From assembly GCF_006345805.1 (NCBI RefSeq), contig NW_021833050.1, positions 28,740 to 92,739 of the forward strand: DNA of 64,000 nucleotides, given 5' to 3'. This DNA is from Octopus sinensis (taxonomy: Eukaryota). Below are positions 37,058 through 48,545 of the stretch, piece by piece. Within the stretch, counting starts at the first letter, position 1; each line of letters begins with the position of its first letter. Below the pieces are notes generated by a model, which had not been told where the DNA came from, searched no databases, and saw only the letters and a list, made by a program, of their open reading frames with translations. The position numbers were made by a program, and so were the translations under genes.

Positions 37058-37428
37058 TTACAAAGCAGAACAAATTGGTACAAACTTTGAAAATAGTCAC
37101 CTTCTGCAGCTTTGATTATCCGTCGCATTGTTGTACGAGGAACGCCAATTTCCTGAGACAGTCTCCGCACGGATTTCTTCGGACTTTTCTGAAGTTCATT
37201 TATCACAGATACACGTGTTTCGTTTGATATCACGGGGCGACCACTTCGAAGTTTGTCGTGCACACTGCCCGTTGCACGGAACTTTTGGACTAATCGACCG
37301 ACTGTTGTATGCGACACGGCTTTGCCAGGATGCTTTTGGTTGAAGGTTTCGGCAACAGTTCTGTTTGTTGCACCATCGCGACCAGACAGGAAAATAAGTT
37401 CAACACGCTCCGGGATTGTCAAAGACAT
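37058..37428 (-). mobile_element. Internally deleted Tc1/mariner-superfamily transposase relic
   Basis: N-terminal HTH-type region (ERVELIF...TVGRLVQKFRATGSV...RSGRP...SPKKSVRRLSQE.GVP.TT..RI) joined to a C-terminus-like AEGDYF. No DDD/DDE core. Confidence 0.8.
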
Positions 37429-38654
37429 GCTTCAATTATTCTGAAATTGAATAAAATAAGAGAATGGTGAAACACACACATACTTGTATATGAATAATAA
37501 TAATAATAATAATAAAATGAATAATAATAATAATCCTTTCTACAATAGGCACAAGACCTGAATGTTGGGGACTCTCTCTACTCCATGCTGGAGCACCGCC
37601 TTTAGTCAAGCAAATCGACCCCAGTACTTATTCTATCGGTCGCTTTTGCCGAACCGCTAAGTTACGGGGACGTAAACACACCAGCATCGTTTGTCAAGCA
37701 ATGCTAGGGGGGCAAACACAGACACACAAACACACACATATATATATATATATATATGACAGGCTTCTTTCAGTTTCCGTCTACCAAATCCACTCACAAG
37801 GTATTGGTCGGCCCGGGGCTATAGCAGAAGACACCTGGCCAAGATGCCACGCAGTGGGACTGAACCCGGAACCATGTGGTTGGTAAGCAAGCTACTTACC
37901 ACACAGCCACTCCTGCGCCTTGTATATGAATAATAATAATAATAATAATGATAAAAATAATAATCCTTTTTACAATAGGCACACGACCTGAAATTTGGGG
38001 ACTCTCTCTCTACTCTTTTACTCGTTTCAGTCATTTGACTGCGGCCATGCTGGACACTGCCTTCTAGTCAAGTAAATCGACCCCAGGACTTATTCTTTGT
38101 AAGCCTAGTACTTATTCTATCGGTCTCTTTTGCCGAACCGCTAAGTTATGGGGACGTAAACACGCCACCATCGGTTGTCAAGCAATGGTGGAGGGAAAAA
38201 CACAGACACACAAACATACACGCACATACAATATATACGATGGGCTTCTTCCAGTTTCTGTCTACCAAATCCACTCACAAGGCATTGGTCGGCCCGAGGC
38301 TATAGTAGAAGACACTTGCCCAACCGTGTGGTTGGGAGTTCATTAAAAGATAATTCTAAACGTTACAAGGAAACAAAGACGATAGGAGGGCGGGGACACA
38401 CTCTTGAATGTATGCCCTGAAAATGTAATGCCAGTAAAAAAGTAAAAAAACGGGAAAATCGCGACCAAAACAGAAATTCCCTCCTAAAACCCGCCGTAAT
38501 TAGTTCTTAATTGCGAAAACATGTGTCCGGTTGTCTGAAAACTTGTGTCCGTTTCTGAATGTGAGGATAGCGTGCAAATGTTACAAAATAAGGTACATTT
38601 TTACATTAACATTACCTGAAATAAAATATATAAGTATACAAATAGATAGGTTAC

Positions 38655-38830
38655 CTTTTCGTGGGAAAATAAAATGAATGGGGGTTCGTGTGTCCGGTTT
38701 GGTTGGAACCACAAGAAACCGACATCGACCAGAAATACGGAAAGGAAGGCCTGAACGAAGTCCCATCTGGCGGTTAACAATTGCAGTAAAACACAAGTTC
38801 GACAACTCTTGGTTGACTGACAACATTGGT
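38655..38830 (-). other. Counterpart of the Tim8 first exon in the duplicated segment
   Basis: Donor AAAAG|GTAACC at 38655/38654. Shares CATCTGGCG...CAAGT.C.A.AACTCTTGGT.GAC with 31387-31432. Confidence 0.45.
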
Positions 38831-38942
38831 TCTTTCTGTTGTGTCTCGGCAGAGTCACTCTCTTTCAGTGCCTTCGGCAAAATTTCCACATTTTTTTCTT
38901 ACCTTTATTTTTCGGTAAAAATAAGAAAAAAAAAAAAGTAGA

Positions 38943-39351
38943 GGATCTTTTCGGTTTGAACGGCAGTTTTTTCTAGCGGTGTCATATGAAATTGTCACCC
39001 ATAATTATGACCCTAGTATCGATCTATTGCATTTCAATCTGTTTTAGGGTTAGGGGTGGGGGGAAGGGTATCTTTTTTCCTTCACAAATGTAGATAAATC
39101 CAATCTGTTTCTTAAACGAGGGAAATATTCATACGGCCCAGAATGTTTTTTTTACCTCAATAGACGTTACTGATTGGTTGAAATTGCAGAAATTGAAGAA
39201 AACAACAACAAATATCTTACAAACTATAGAATTTTCTCAATAAAGCCAAGAGAAAAAGATGTTTTATAAGCACATTCTACCAGTATACAAAGTTTAAAAG
39301 TGTTTAGTTACCTAGAAATTATGTTAAAAACTGCCGTTCAAACCGAAAAGA
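38943..39351. mobile_element. Simple ~410-bp MITE family E copy
   Basis: TIR at 38943; the right TIR lacks its last bases. Further fragments lie at 33601-33685 and ~42620-42672. Confidence 0.85.
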
Positions 39352-39749
39352 ATTCTACCAGTGTCCGAAGTTTGAAAGGGTTTAGTTACAAAACTTATTT
39401 TTTGAATCTGTCGGTCCAAAAGTATAGACCCTCTCCTAAATATTGTGTCCCTTTCTCTTTACATTTTCCTCCCCACCCCACAACCTGTCGGTAAACCTTC
39501 CCTCTCCCCCTCTTTTCTCTCACACTTCGCCTTTCCCTTCAACTAACCACGTGATACATTTGGCCTTATAGATTTTTCTCTACTTCCCCCTCACTTCTCT
39601 ACTCACATTCTTCCCCTCTCTCTCTCATTTTACTTCCCTTCTCTAACTAAGGAATATACCGATTTTTCTGATGGACTATATATTTCTTCTTCACTTGTTT
39701 ATTATTATTCTTATTTTATGTCCATTGTCTGAAATGTTTTTCACATACC

Positions 39750-40810
39750 TATTTCTTTATTACCCACAAGGGGCTAAACACAGAGCGGACAAACAAGGAC
39801 AGACAAATGGATTAAGTCGATTACATCGACCCAGTGCGTAACTGGTACTTATTTAATCGACCCCGAAAGGATGAAAGACAAAGTCGACCTCGGCGGAATT
39901 TGAACTCACAACGTAACGGCAGACGAAATACCGCTAAGCATTTCGCCCGACGTGCTCACATACCTATTTCTTTATTACCCACAAGGGGCTAAACACAGAG
40001 CGGACAAACAAGGACAGACAAATGGATTAAGTCGATTACATCGACCCAGTGCGTAACTGGTACTTATTTAATCGACCCCGAAAGGATGAAAGGCAAAGTC
40101 GACCTCGGCGGAATTTGAACTCAGAACGTAACGGCAGACGAAATACCGCTAAGCATTTCGCCCGACGTGCTCACATACCTATTTCTTTATTACCCACAGG
40201 GGCTAAACACAGAGGGGACAAACAAGGACAGACAAAGGATTAAGTCGATTACATCGACCCCAGTGCGTAACTGGTACTTAATTTATCGACCCCGAAAGGA
40301 TGAAAGACAAAGTCGACCTCGGCGGAATTTGAACTCACAACGTAACGGCAGACGAAATACCGCTAAGCATTTCGCCCGACGTGCTCACATACCTATTTCT
40401 TTATTACCCACAAGGGGCTAAACACAGAGCGGACAAACAAGGACAGACAAATGGATTAAGTCGATTACATCGACCCAGTGCATAACTGGTACTTAATTTA
40501 TCGACCCCGAAAGGATGAAAGGCAAAGTCGACCTCGGCGGAATTTGAACTCAGAACGTAACGACAGAGGAAATACCTATTTCTTTATTACACACAAGGGG
40601 CTAAACACAGAGGGGACAAACAAGGACAGGCATAGGTATTAAGTCGATTACATCGACCCCAGTGCGTAACTGGTACTTATTTAATCGACCCCGAAAGGAT
40701 GAAAGACAAAGTCGACCTCGGCGGAATTTGAACTCACAACGTAACGACAGAGGAAATACCGCTAAGCATTTCGCCTGACGTGCTAACGATTCTGCCAGCT
40801 CGCCGCCTCA
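39750..40810 (-). mobile_element. Head-to-tail multimer of SINE B (about 5 units)
   Basis: One full head at 40810 followed by 5'-truncated units joined at AAGAAATAGGTAT. Confidence 0.88.
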
Positions 40811-40899
40811 AAAACATTGACTACTTTTGCAAAGATTGAACCTTTGTTAAAGAGGTTCATGCATTATTATGTCCATGACTTTACCCACAAGACCATTGA

Positions 40900-42083
40900 G
40901 ACAACAACTGTATGTTTTTCACATACCACCAGCACAAGTGCTAGTAAAGCGACGCAGGTAATGATCACACTCGAATGATGCTATTACGTGCCAGTGGCAC
41001 AGAGGCCAGTTTGTCGCTCTGGCAACGATCATGCTCGTATGGTATTCTTAGCACTCCACTAGCATGGATGCCAGTCATCGAATTTGATTTCGATTTCACT
41101 TGCCTCAACAGGTCTTCGCAAGCAGAGTTTAGTGTCCAATGAAGGAATGGTACTCATAAGTGGGCTGGTTACACCCCTGAAGGCGGCAAGCTGGCAAAAA
41201 CGTTAGCACGCCGGGCGAAATGCTTAGCGGTATTTCGTCTGCCGTTACGTTGTGAGTTCAAATTCCGCCGAGGTCGACTTTGCCTTTCATCCTTTCGGGG
41301 TCGATAAATTAAGTACCAGTTACGCACTGGGGTCGATGTAATCGACTTAATACCTATGTCTGTCCTTGTTTGTCCCCTCTATGTTTAGCCCCTTGTGGGT
41401 AGTAAAGAAATAGGTATTTCGTCTGCCGTTACGTTCTGAGTTCAAATTCCGCCGAGGTCGACTTTGCCTTTCATCCTTTCGGGGTCGATAAATTAAGTAC
41501 CAGTTGTGCACTGGGGTCGATGTAATCGACTTAATACCCATGTCTGTCCTTGTTTGTCCCCTCTATGTTTAGCCCCTTGTGGGTATAAAGAAATAGGTAT
41601 TTCGTCTGCCGTTACGTTCTGAGTTCAAATTCCGCCGAGGTCGACTTTGCCTTTCATCCTTTCGGGGTCGATAAATTAAGTACCAGTTACGCACTGGGGT
41701 CGATGTAATCGACTTAATACCTATGTCTGTCCTTGTTTGTCCCCTCTGTGTTTAGCCCCTTGTGGGTAATAAAGAAATAGGTTACACCCCTGGCATAGGC
41801 CACGAGATTATGGTCTCACTTGGGCTTGCCGAGTCTTCTGGAGCGCAGCATATTTCCAGAGGTCCCGGTCACTATTCATTGCCTCGGTGAGGCCCAATGT
41901 TTGAAAGTTATGCTTCACCACTTCATCCCAGATATACCTCTTCCAGATGTTCCCTCAACCACTAGGGTGTGGCACTTTTTCACACAGCTATCCAAATCCA
42001 TTCTCACCACATGGCCATACCAGCGCAGTCATCTCTCTTGCACACCACATCTGATGCTTCTTAGGTCCAACTTTTCTCTCAAG
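40900..42083 (-). mobile_element. RTE LINE 3' end with long 3' UTR (source of repeat family D)
   Basis: Coding remnant (RSIRCGVQE...RWYGHVVRMD...WDEVVK) at ~41870-42080 continues into the UTR found in family D copies. Interrupted by a SINE multimer at 41180-41779. Confidence 0.75.
41180..41779 (+). mobile_element. SINE B trimer with a single TSD
   Basis: GGTTACACCCCTG at 41167-41179 and 41780-41792 flanks one full unit and two ~181-bp truncated units. Confidence 0.9.
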
Positions 42084-42620
42084 GTGGCAGAAACGTTAGC
42101 ACGCCGGACGAAATGCATAGCGGTATTTCGTCTGCCGTTACGTTCTGGGTTCAAGTTCCGCCGAGGTCGACTTTGCCTTTCATCCTTTCGGGGTCGATTA
42201 AATAAGTACCAGTTACGCACTGGGGTCGATATAATCGACTTAATCCGTCTGTCTGTCCTCGTTTGTCCCCTCTGTGTTTAGCCCCTTGTGGGGAGCAAAG
42301 AAATAGGTATTTCGTCTGCCGCTACGTTCTGAGTTCAAATTCCGCCAAGGTCGACTTTGCCTTTCATCCTTTCGGGGTCGATTAAATAAGTACCAGTTAC
42401 GCACTGGTGTCGATATAATCGACTTAATCTGTTTGTCTGTCCTTGTTTGTCCCCTCTGTGTTTAGCCCCTTGTGGGGAGCAAAGAAATAGGTATTTCGTC
42501 TGCCGTTACGTTCTGAGTTCAAGTTCCGCCGAGGTCGACTTTGCCTTTTATCCTTTCGGGGTCGATTAAATAAGTACCAGTTACGCACTGGAGTCGATGT
42601 AATCGACTTAATCCGTTTGT
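42083..42620 (+). mobile_element. SINE B trimer
   Basis: Same AAGAAATA|GGTATTTCGTC junction. Dimers with this junction also occur at 44003-44420 and 57760-58128. Confidence 0.88.
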
Positions 42621-45288
42621 CAATTTCATATGACACCACTAGAAAAAAACTGCCGTTCAAACCGAAAAGATCCCTTTTATTACTTTCGGTCACCTCTTCC
42701 TAGCCCTTCTCCTTACGCTAACGTCCATCGTTACGTCTGCCTCTTCATTCACTCCTTACCCGTCTGCTAGCCCTCATCCACAGGCATTGAACATCAGTCC
42801 TAACACAGTTGTCTCCCTCGCACGTTCCATTCAATTCCTCTCGAACAATCCCCCATCTTATCTTTGCCTTGTCATTCGTGCATATGAAATGGTTACTCAT
42901 CCAAGGGAGCATACTTGCTTTATTTCTTCGTATTACTCTTTTACTCTCTTTTACTTGTTTCAGTCATTTGACTGCGGCCATGCTGGAGCACCGCCTTTTA
43001 GTCGAGCAAATCGACCCCGGGACTTATTCTTTTTTGTAAGCCCAGTACTTATTCTATCGGTCTCTTTTACTTGTTTCAGTCATTTGACTGCGGCCATGCT
43101 GGAGCACCGCCTTTTAGTCGAGCAAATCGACCCCCAGGACTTATTCTTTTGTAAGCCCAGTACTTATTCTATCGGTCTCTTTTTGCCGAACCGCTACGTA
43201 ACGGGGACGTAAACACACCAGCATCGGTTGTCAAGCAATGCTAGGGGGACAAACACAGACACACATACATATATATATATATATACGACGGGCTTCTTTC
43301 AGTTTCTGTCTACCAAATCCACTCACAAGGCATTGGTCGGCTCGAGGCTATAGCAGAAGACACTTGCCCAAGATGTCACGCAGTGGGACTGAACCCGGAA
43401 CCATATGGTTGGTAAGCAAGCTACATACCACACAGCCACTCCTGTGCCTATATAAATTTAAATTTAAATTTAAAATGAGGGTGTGAAATTAGATATTAAT
43501 TTAATTAACATCAATTTCACGCCTGTGGTGTAGCATATAAAAAAAACGAAGATTCAGTAAAATTGTATTATATACATATTAGAGGGAAACCACTATGTGG
43601 ACACCCTTATACTAGAAATAGATCCGCTTTGGTCTTACCCTAAGAAATGTTCTCAAGAACATAAAGCTACCTCTGCCGTTATGTTCTGCGTTCAAATTCC
43701 GCCGAGGTGAACTTTGCCTTTCATCCTTTCAGGGTCGATGAATAAAGTACCGGTTACACACTGGGGTCGATGTAATCGAATTAATCCCTTTGTCTGTCTT
43801 TGTTTGTCCCCTCTATGTTTAGCCCCTTGTGGGCAATAAAGAAATACTTATTATTTATACTAGGTCTGATCAATAAGTATCCGGACTGTTGCTATAGTAA
43901 CGAAGCTAAAGCATGCAGAGTGAAGCCACTTAGCACAGATTGACCTTGACCTTTGCTGTGTCTCTTATTGCTGGTTGTCAAGTGATGGTGGGGGACTGCA
44001 GTAAGGCGGCGAGCTGGCAGAAACGTTAGCACGCTAGGCGAAATGCCTAGCAGTATTTTGTCTGCCGCTACGTTCTGAGTTCAAATTCTGTCGAGGTCGA
44101 CTTTGCCATTCATCCTTTTGGGGTTGTTTAAATAAGTAGCAGTTACGCACTGGGGTCGATATTATCGACTTAATCCGTTTGTCTGTCCTTGTTTGTCCCC
44201 TCTATGTTTAGCCCCTTGTGGGTAGTAAAGAAATAGGTATTTCATCTGCTGCTACGTTCTGAGTTCAAATTCCGCTGAGGTCGACTTTGCCTTTCATCCT
44301 TTCGGGGTCAATTAAATAAGTACCAGTTACGCACTGGGGTCGATGTAATCGACTTAATCCGTTTGTCTGTCCTTGTTTGTCCCCTCTATGTTTAGCCCCT
44401 TGTGGGTAGTAAAGAAATAGGTGGGGGACAGACACAAGTACAATGACACACACACATGGTCTGATCAAAGAAGCATGGAAAACGGATGTTAAACGATGAT
44501 GATGATGATGTATGTAAGATCATATTTATTATATTGTGGAGGCGCAATGGCCCAGTGGTCAGGGCAGCGGACTCGCGGTCATAGGATCGCGGTTTCGATT
44601 CCCAGACCGGGCATTGTGAGTGTTTATTGAGCGAAAACACCTAAAGCTCCACGAGGCTCCAGCAGGGGATGGTGGTGATCCCTGCTGTACTCTTTCACCA
44701 CAACTTTCTCTCACTCTTACTTCCTGTTTCTGTTGTACCTGTATTTCAAAGGGCCGGCCTTGTCACTCTCTGTGTCACGCTGAATATTCCCGAGAACTAC
44801 GTTAAGGGTACACGTGTCTGTGGAGTGCTCAGCCACTTACACGTTAATTTCACGAGCAGGCTGTTTCGTTGATTCGGATCAACCGGAACCCTCGTCGTCG
44901 TAACCGACGGAGTGCTTCCATTATATCTAAAAGTTTTTGTTATACTTGGGTCTGGTCATATTTTGCCAATGAAACCCATGTGCTTGATCTTCACTTTAGC
45001 TGCATTATTATTAATATTTCAGTGTCTTTGTCTAAGCTTTCTTGTCAGACACCCCTGTGACATCTTCAGCAACTCTCAACCCCATGTGTCTCTTCTTGTT
45101 TTACTTATTCCATTTTGCCTTTCTGAATGGTATAAGCAGCACCAGAGAAGATAACAAGTTGGGATAACAAGTTGCTGAAGAGGTCACAGGATGTGTGATG
45201 AAAGAGCTGAGACAAAGACACTAAAATAATAATAATAATAAGAAGAAGAAGAAGAAGAAGAAGAAGTAGAAGAAGAAGAAGAAAGATA

Positions 45289-45810
45289 GATGCGAATAGG
45301 CCAGACATCATAGTAAAAGACTTCAGACAAAGAACATGCCTCCTTATTGATATGACTATCCCAATCAATATAAACGTATCTGTCAAGACCTACCAAAAAC
45401 TGAGCAAATATAAAGATCTGGAAATAGAAATCAGCAAAATGTGGAACCTGAAGACTAAAACAATACCTGTTGTCATAGGTGCCCTGGGAATGATAGCAAA
45501 AGGGGCTGATTGCTACCTAACTCAGATATCAGGAAACCTCCAAAATGGCAGAAATTCAAAAGATAGTGCTCATGGGAACTGCTCATATCCTACGCAAAAT
45601 ACTTTCTATGTAATCTCAAGTTTTAAAACAAACAATTTTCGTATGGTTTTTTTAGACACTCACTAGTACAACTCTAAGTACAAAACCAAATATATGGCAC
45701 ACTAGGCATAACAACAACATGAACTTCCAACCTGTTGGCTCTTGAGGTCTCTGGGTGAGACTTGGAGCAAAAGTCAAATATAGAATAATAATGATAATGA
45801 TAATAATAAT
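45289..45810 (+). mobile_element. R4/Dong-like non-LTR element 3' end (restriction-like endonuclease)
   Basis: NRPDIIV...LLIDMTIP...K.YQKLSKYKDLEIEI.KMW...PVVIGALG motif, a frameshift near 45540, and a (TAA)n tail. A partial duplicate lies at ~48555-48900. Confidence 0.8.
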
Positions 45811-45905
45811 ACAGCTGAAGTAAAGACAAAACATAAAGTGTGTGTGTGTTTAATTGGCAAAAGATGACCGTTTCAACACATCAGGAATCTTCCAAAATAA
45901 ATATA

Positions 45906-46471
45906 TTGGGTTGTCCGGAAAGTTTGTGCCGATTTATAGTAGCTTACCTTTCGACTTATTTTAGAACATGGTCGAGTCCATAAAATAGGATTTGACTACA
46001 CCTCCATTTAGAGCACAGTTTAAGCTATCTTTTCGTGGAAGAAGGTTTATGTTCCTATAACCTGTGTTAATTCTGTAACCCTTTAAAATGGAAGATAAGA
46101 AAGTTCATTTTCGGCACTTGATGCTTTGGGAACCAGACAAAAATTGCTGCAGCTCGGCTGGGATGTGTTATCCCACCCTCCATATTCACCAGATATTGCT
46201 CCTTCGGATTTCCACTTATCCAGGTCTCTGCAGAATAGTCATAATGGTAAAAATTTCAATTCCTTGGATGACGTAAAAAAATACCTTGATGAATTGTTTG
46301 TCATGAAACCACCTCAAATCTGGGAAGAGGGTATTTTCAAGTTAAAGGAAAGATGGAGACGCATTGTGCAACAAAATGGTTCATATTTCGTTGATTAAAA
46401 ATGTAATGGCAAGTATTTATCGACCTTTTCCTTTCCTTTAAAAATCGGCATGAACTTTCCTGACAACCCAA
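45906..46471 (+). mobile_element. Internally deleted mariner (DD34D-type) element
   Basis: TIRs TTGGGTTGTCCGGAAAGTTTGTGCCGATTT / AAATCGGCATGAACTTTCCTGACAACCCAA, TA TSDs, N-terminal MEDKKVHFRHL, and C-terminal HPPYSPDIAPSDFHL. Confidence 0.92.
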
Positions 46472-46731
46472 TATATAAACTTCTTATAGTTTAATCCAAT
46501 AAGAGAATTTCTTATACGAGATGAAAGAAGTATTTATACTGGGAAGTAATGCTTATTGCAGGTGTAGGCGTGGCTGTGTGGTAAGTAGCTTGTTTACCAG
46601 CCACATGGTTCCAGGTTCAGTCCCACTGTGTGGCACCTTGGGCAAGTGTCTTCTACTGTAGCCTCAGCCCAACCAAAGCCTTGTGAGTGGATTTGGTAGA
46701 CGGAAACTGAAAGAAGCCCATCGTATATATG

Positions 46732-46764
<33 letters not shown>

Positions 46765-47573
46765 CTGTCCCCCTTGCATTGCTTGACAACCGATGCTGGT
46801 GTGTTTATGTCCCCATTACTTAGCGGTTCGGCAAAAGAGACTGATAGAATAAGTACTGGGCTTGCAAAAGAATAAGTCCCCGGGTCGAGTTGCTCGATTA
46901 AAAGGCGGTGCTCCAGCATGGCCGCAGTCAAATGACTGAAACAAGTAAAAGAGAGTTCTATAAGAACAGATGATACAACAATTTTAACCCCAGGAAGATG
47001 CCTCCTCCAGCTGGGTATTCAGTGCACTTTGCACTGATATATATATTGCAAGCGAGGAGTATGCACCACTGAGGATGATCAAATAAGATGGGAATCATAT
47101 GATATGATGGTCTCCGAGCTAAGATAGTATGAAGTTCTCTTCCTGCTTGCAATATATATTAGGTGTGAAGTGCACTGAATAATTAGCTTGAGGTATCGTC
47201 CTCAAGGCGGTGAGCTGGCAGAATCGTTAGCATGCCGGGCGAAATGCTTAGCAGTATTTCGTCTGCTGTTACGTTCTGAGTTCAAATTCCGCCGAGGTCG
47301 ACTTTGCCTTTCATCCTTTCGGGGTCGATAAACAAAGTACCAGTTACGCACTGGGGTCAGTGTAATCGACTTAATTTGTTTGTCTGTCCTTGTTTGTTCC
47401 CTTGTGAGTAGTAAAGAAATAGGTATTGTCCTCCTGGGGTTAAAATAGCAGTATTGTCTGTTCTTATAGAACACCTACATTTAGGTGGTGACAGACTTTA
47501 CTTCTCAGTATACTGCTTTCATCTCGAGTGGAGATTTTCTTAATGGACAAGTTTGCTAGTTGCAAAACCAGTA

Positions 47574-48200
47574 GTGGAAGCACATGGTCTAGTGGTTAGA
47601 GCAGCAGACTTGCGGTCGAGGGATCGCGAGTTCGAATCTCAGACCGGACGATGTGTGTGTTTATGAGCGAAACACCTAAGCTCCACGTGGCTTCGGCAGA
47701 AGATAATGGCGAAACTTTTGCTGACACTTTTGCCACAACTTTCTCTCGCTCTTTCTTCCTACATCTTGCAGCTCAACTGCGATGGACTGGCGTCCTGTCC
47801 AGGTGGGGAACCTATACGCCAAGGAAATCGGCTCTTATGAGCCAGGCATGGCTCAAGAAGGAACAAACAACAACATGCATGCATACATATATACACACAT
47901 GCATGTATGCATAGTGGAGGCACATGGCCTAGTTGTTAGAACAGCAGACTCGCGGTCGAGGGTTCGAATCTCAGACCGGGTGATGTGTGTGTTTATGAAC
48001 GAAACACCTAAGCTCCATGCGGCTCCGGCAGAAGGTAATGGCGAAACTTCTGCTGACTCTTTTGCCACAACTTTCTTTTACTCTTTCCTCCTGCATCTTG
48101 CAGCTCACCTGCGACGGACCGGCGTCCCGTCCAGGTGGGGAACCTATATGCCACGGAAACCGGCCCTTATGAGCCACGCATGGCTTGAGAAGGAACAAAG
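47574..48200 (+). mobile_element. Two adjacent SINE C2 copies
   Basis: 47574-47865 and 47912-48200, each with A/B boxes and a GGCTC(A/G)AGAAGGAACA tail. Confidence 0.85.
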
Positions 48201-48513
48201 AACAACAACACTGTTTTTCTGTATATTGAGAACTGGGTTAGACTACTGCTATGTCTAGCAAATGAATATCCTTCACTGAGCATAATCAAACTAGATTGAA
48301 ATCACGTGATATGATGTTCTCTGAGCTACAATAGTCGGGAGTTCTCTCCCTGCTTGCAATATATATCGAGTGTGAAATACACTGAATAATCAGCTGGTGG
48401 AGGGGTCTTAAAATGGTCGTATTATCTGTTCTTAAAGAACACCCACATTTAGGTGGATATAAACGTTACCTCTTGCAGGATGTGTGATGAAAGAGCTTAG
48501 ACAAAGACACTAA

Positions 48514-48545
<32 letters not shown>

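Noticed and set aside
38581-38889. 102-aa minus-strand ORF in unique sequence
   Set aside because: No recognisable domain; it overlaps the inferred non-coding first exon and intron of the Tim8 duplicate.
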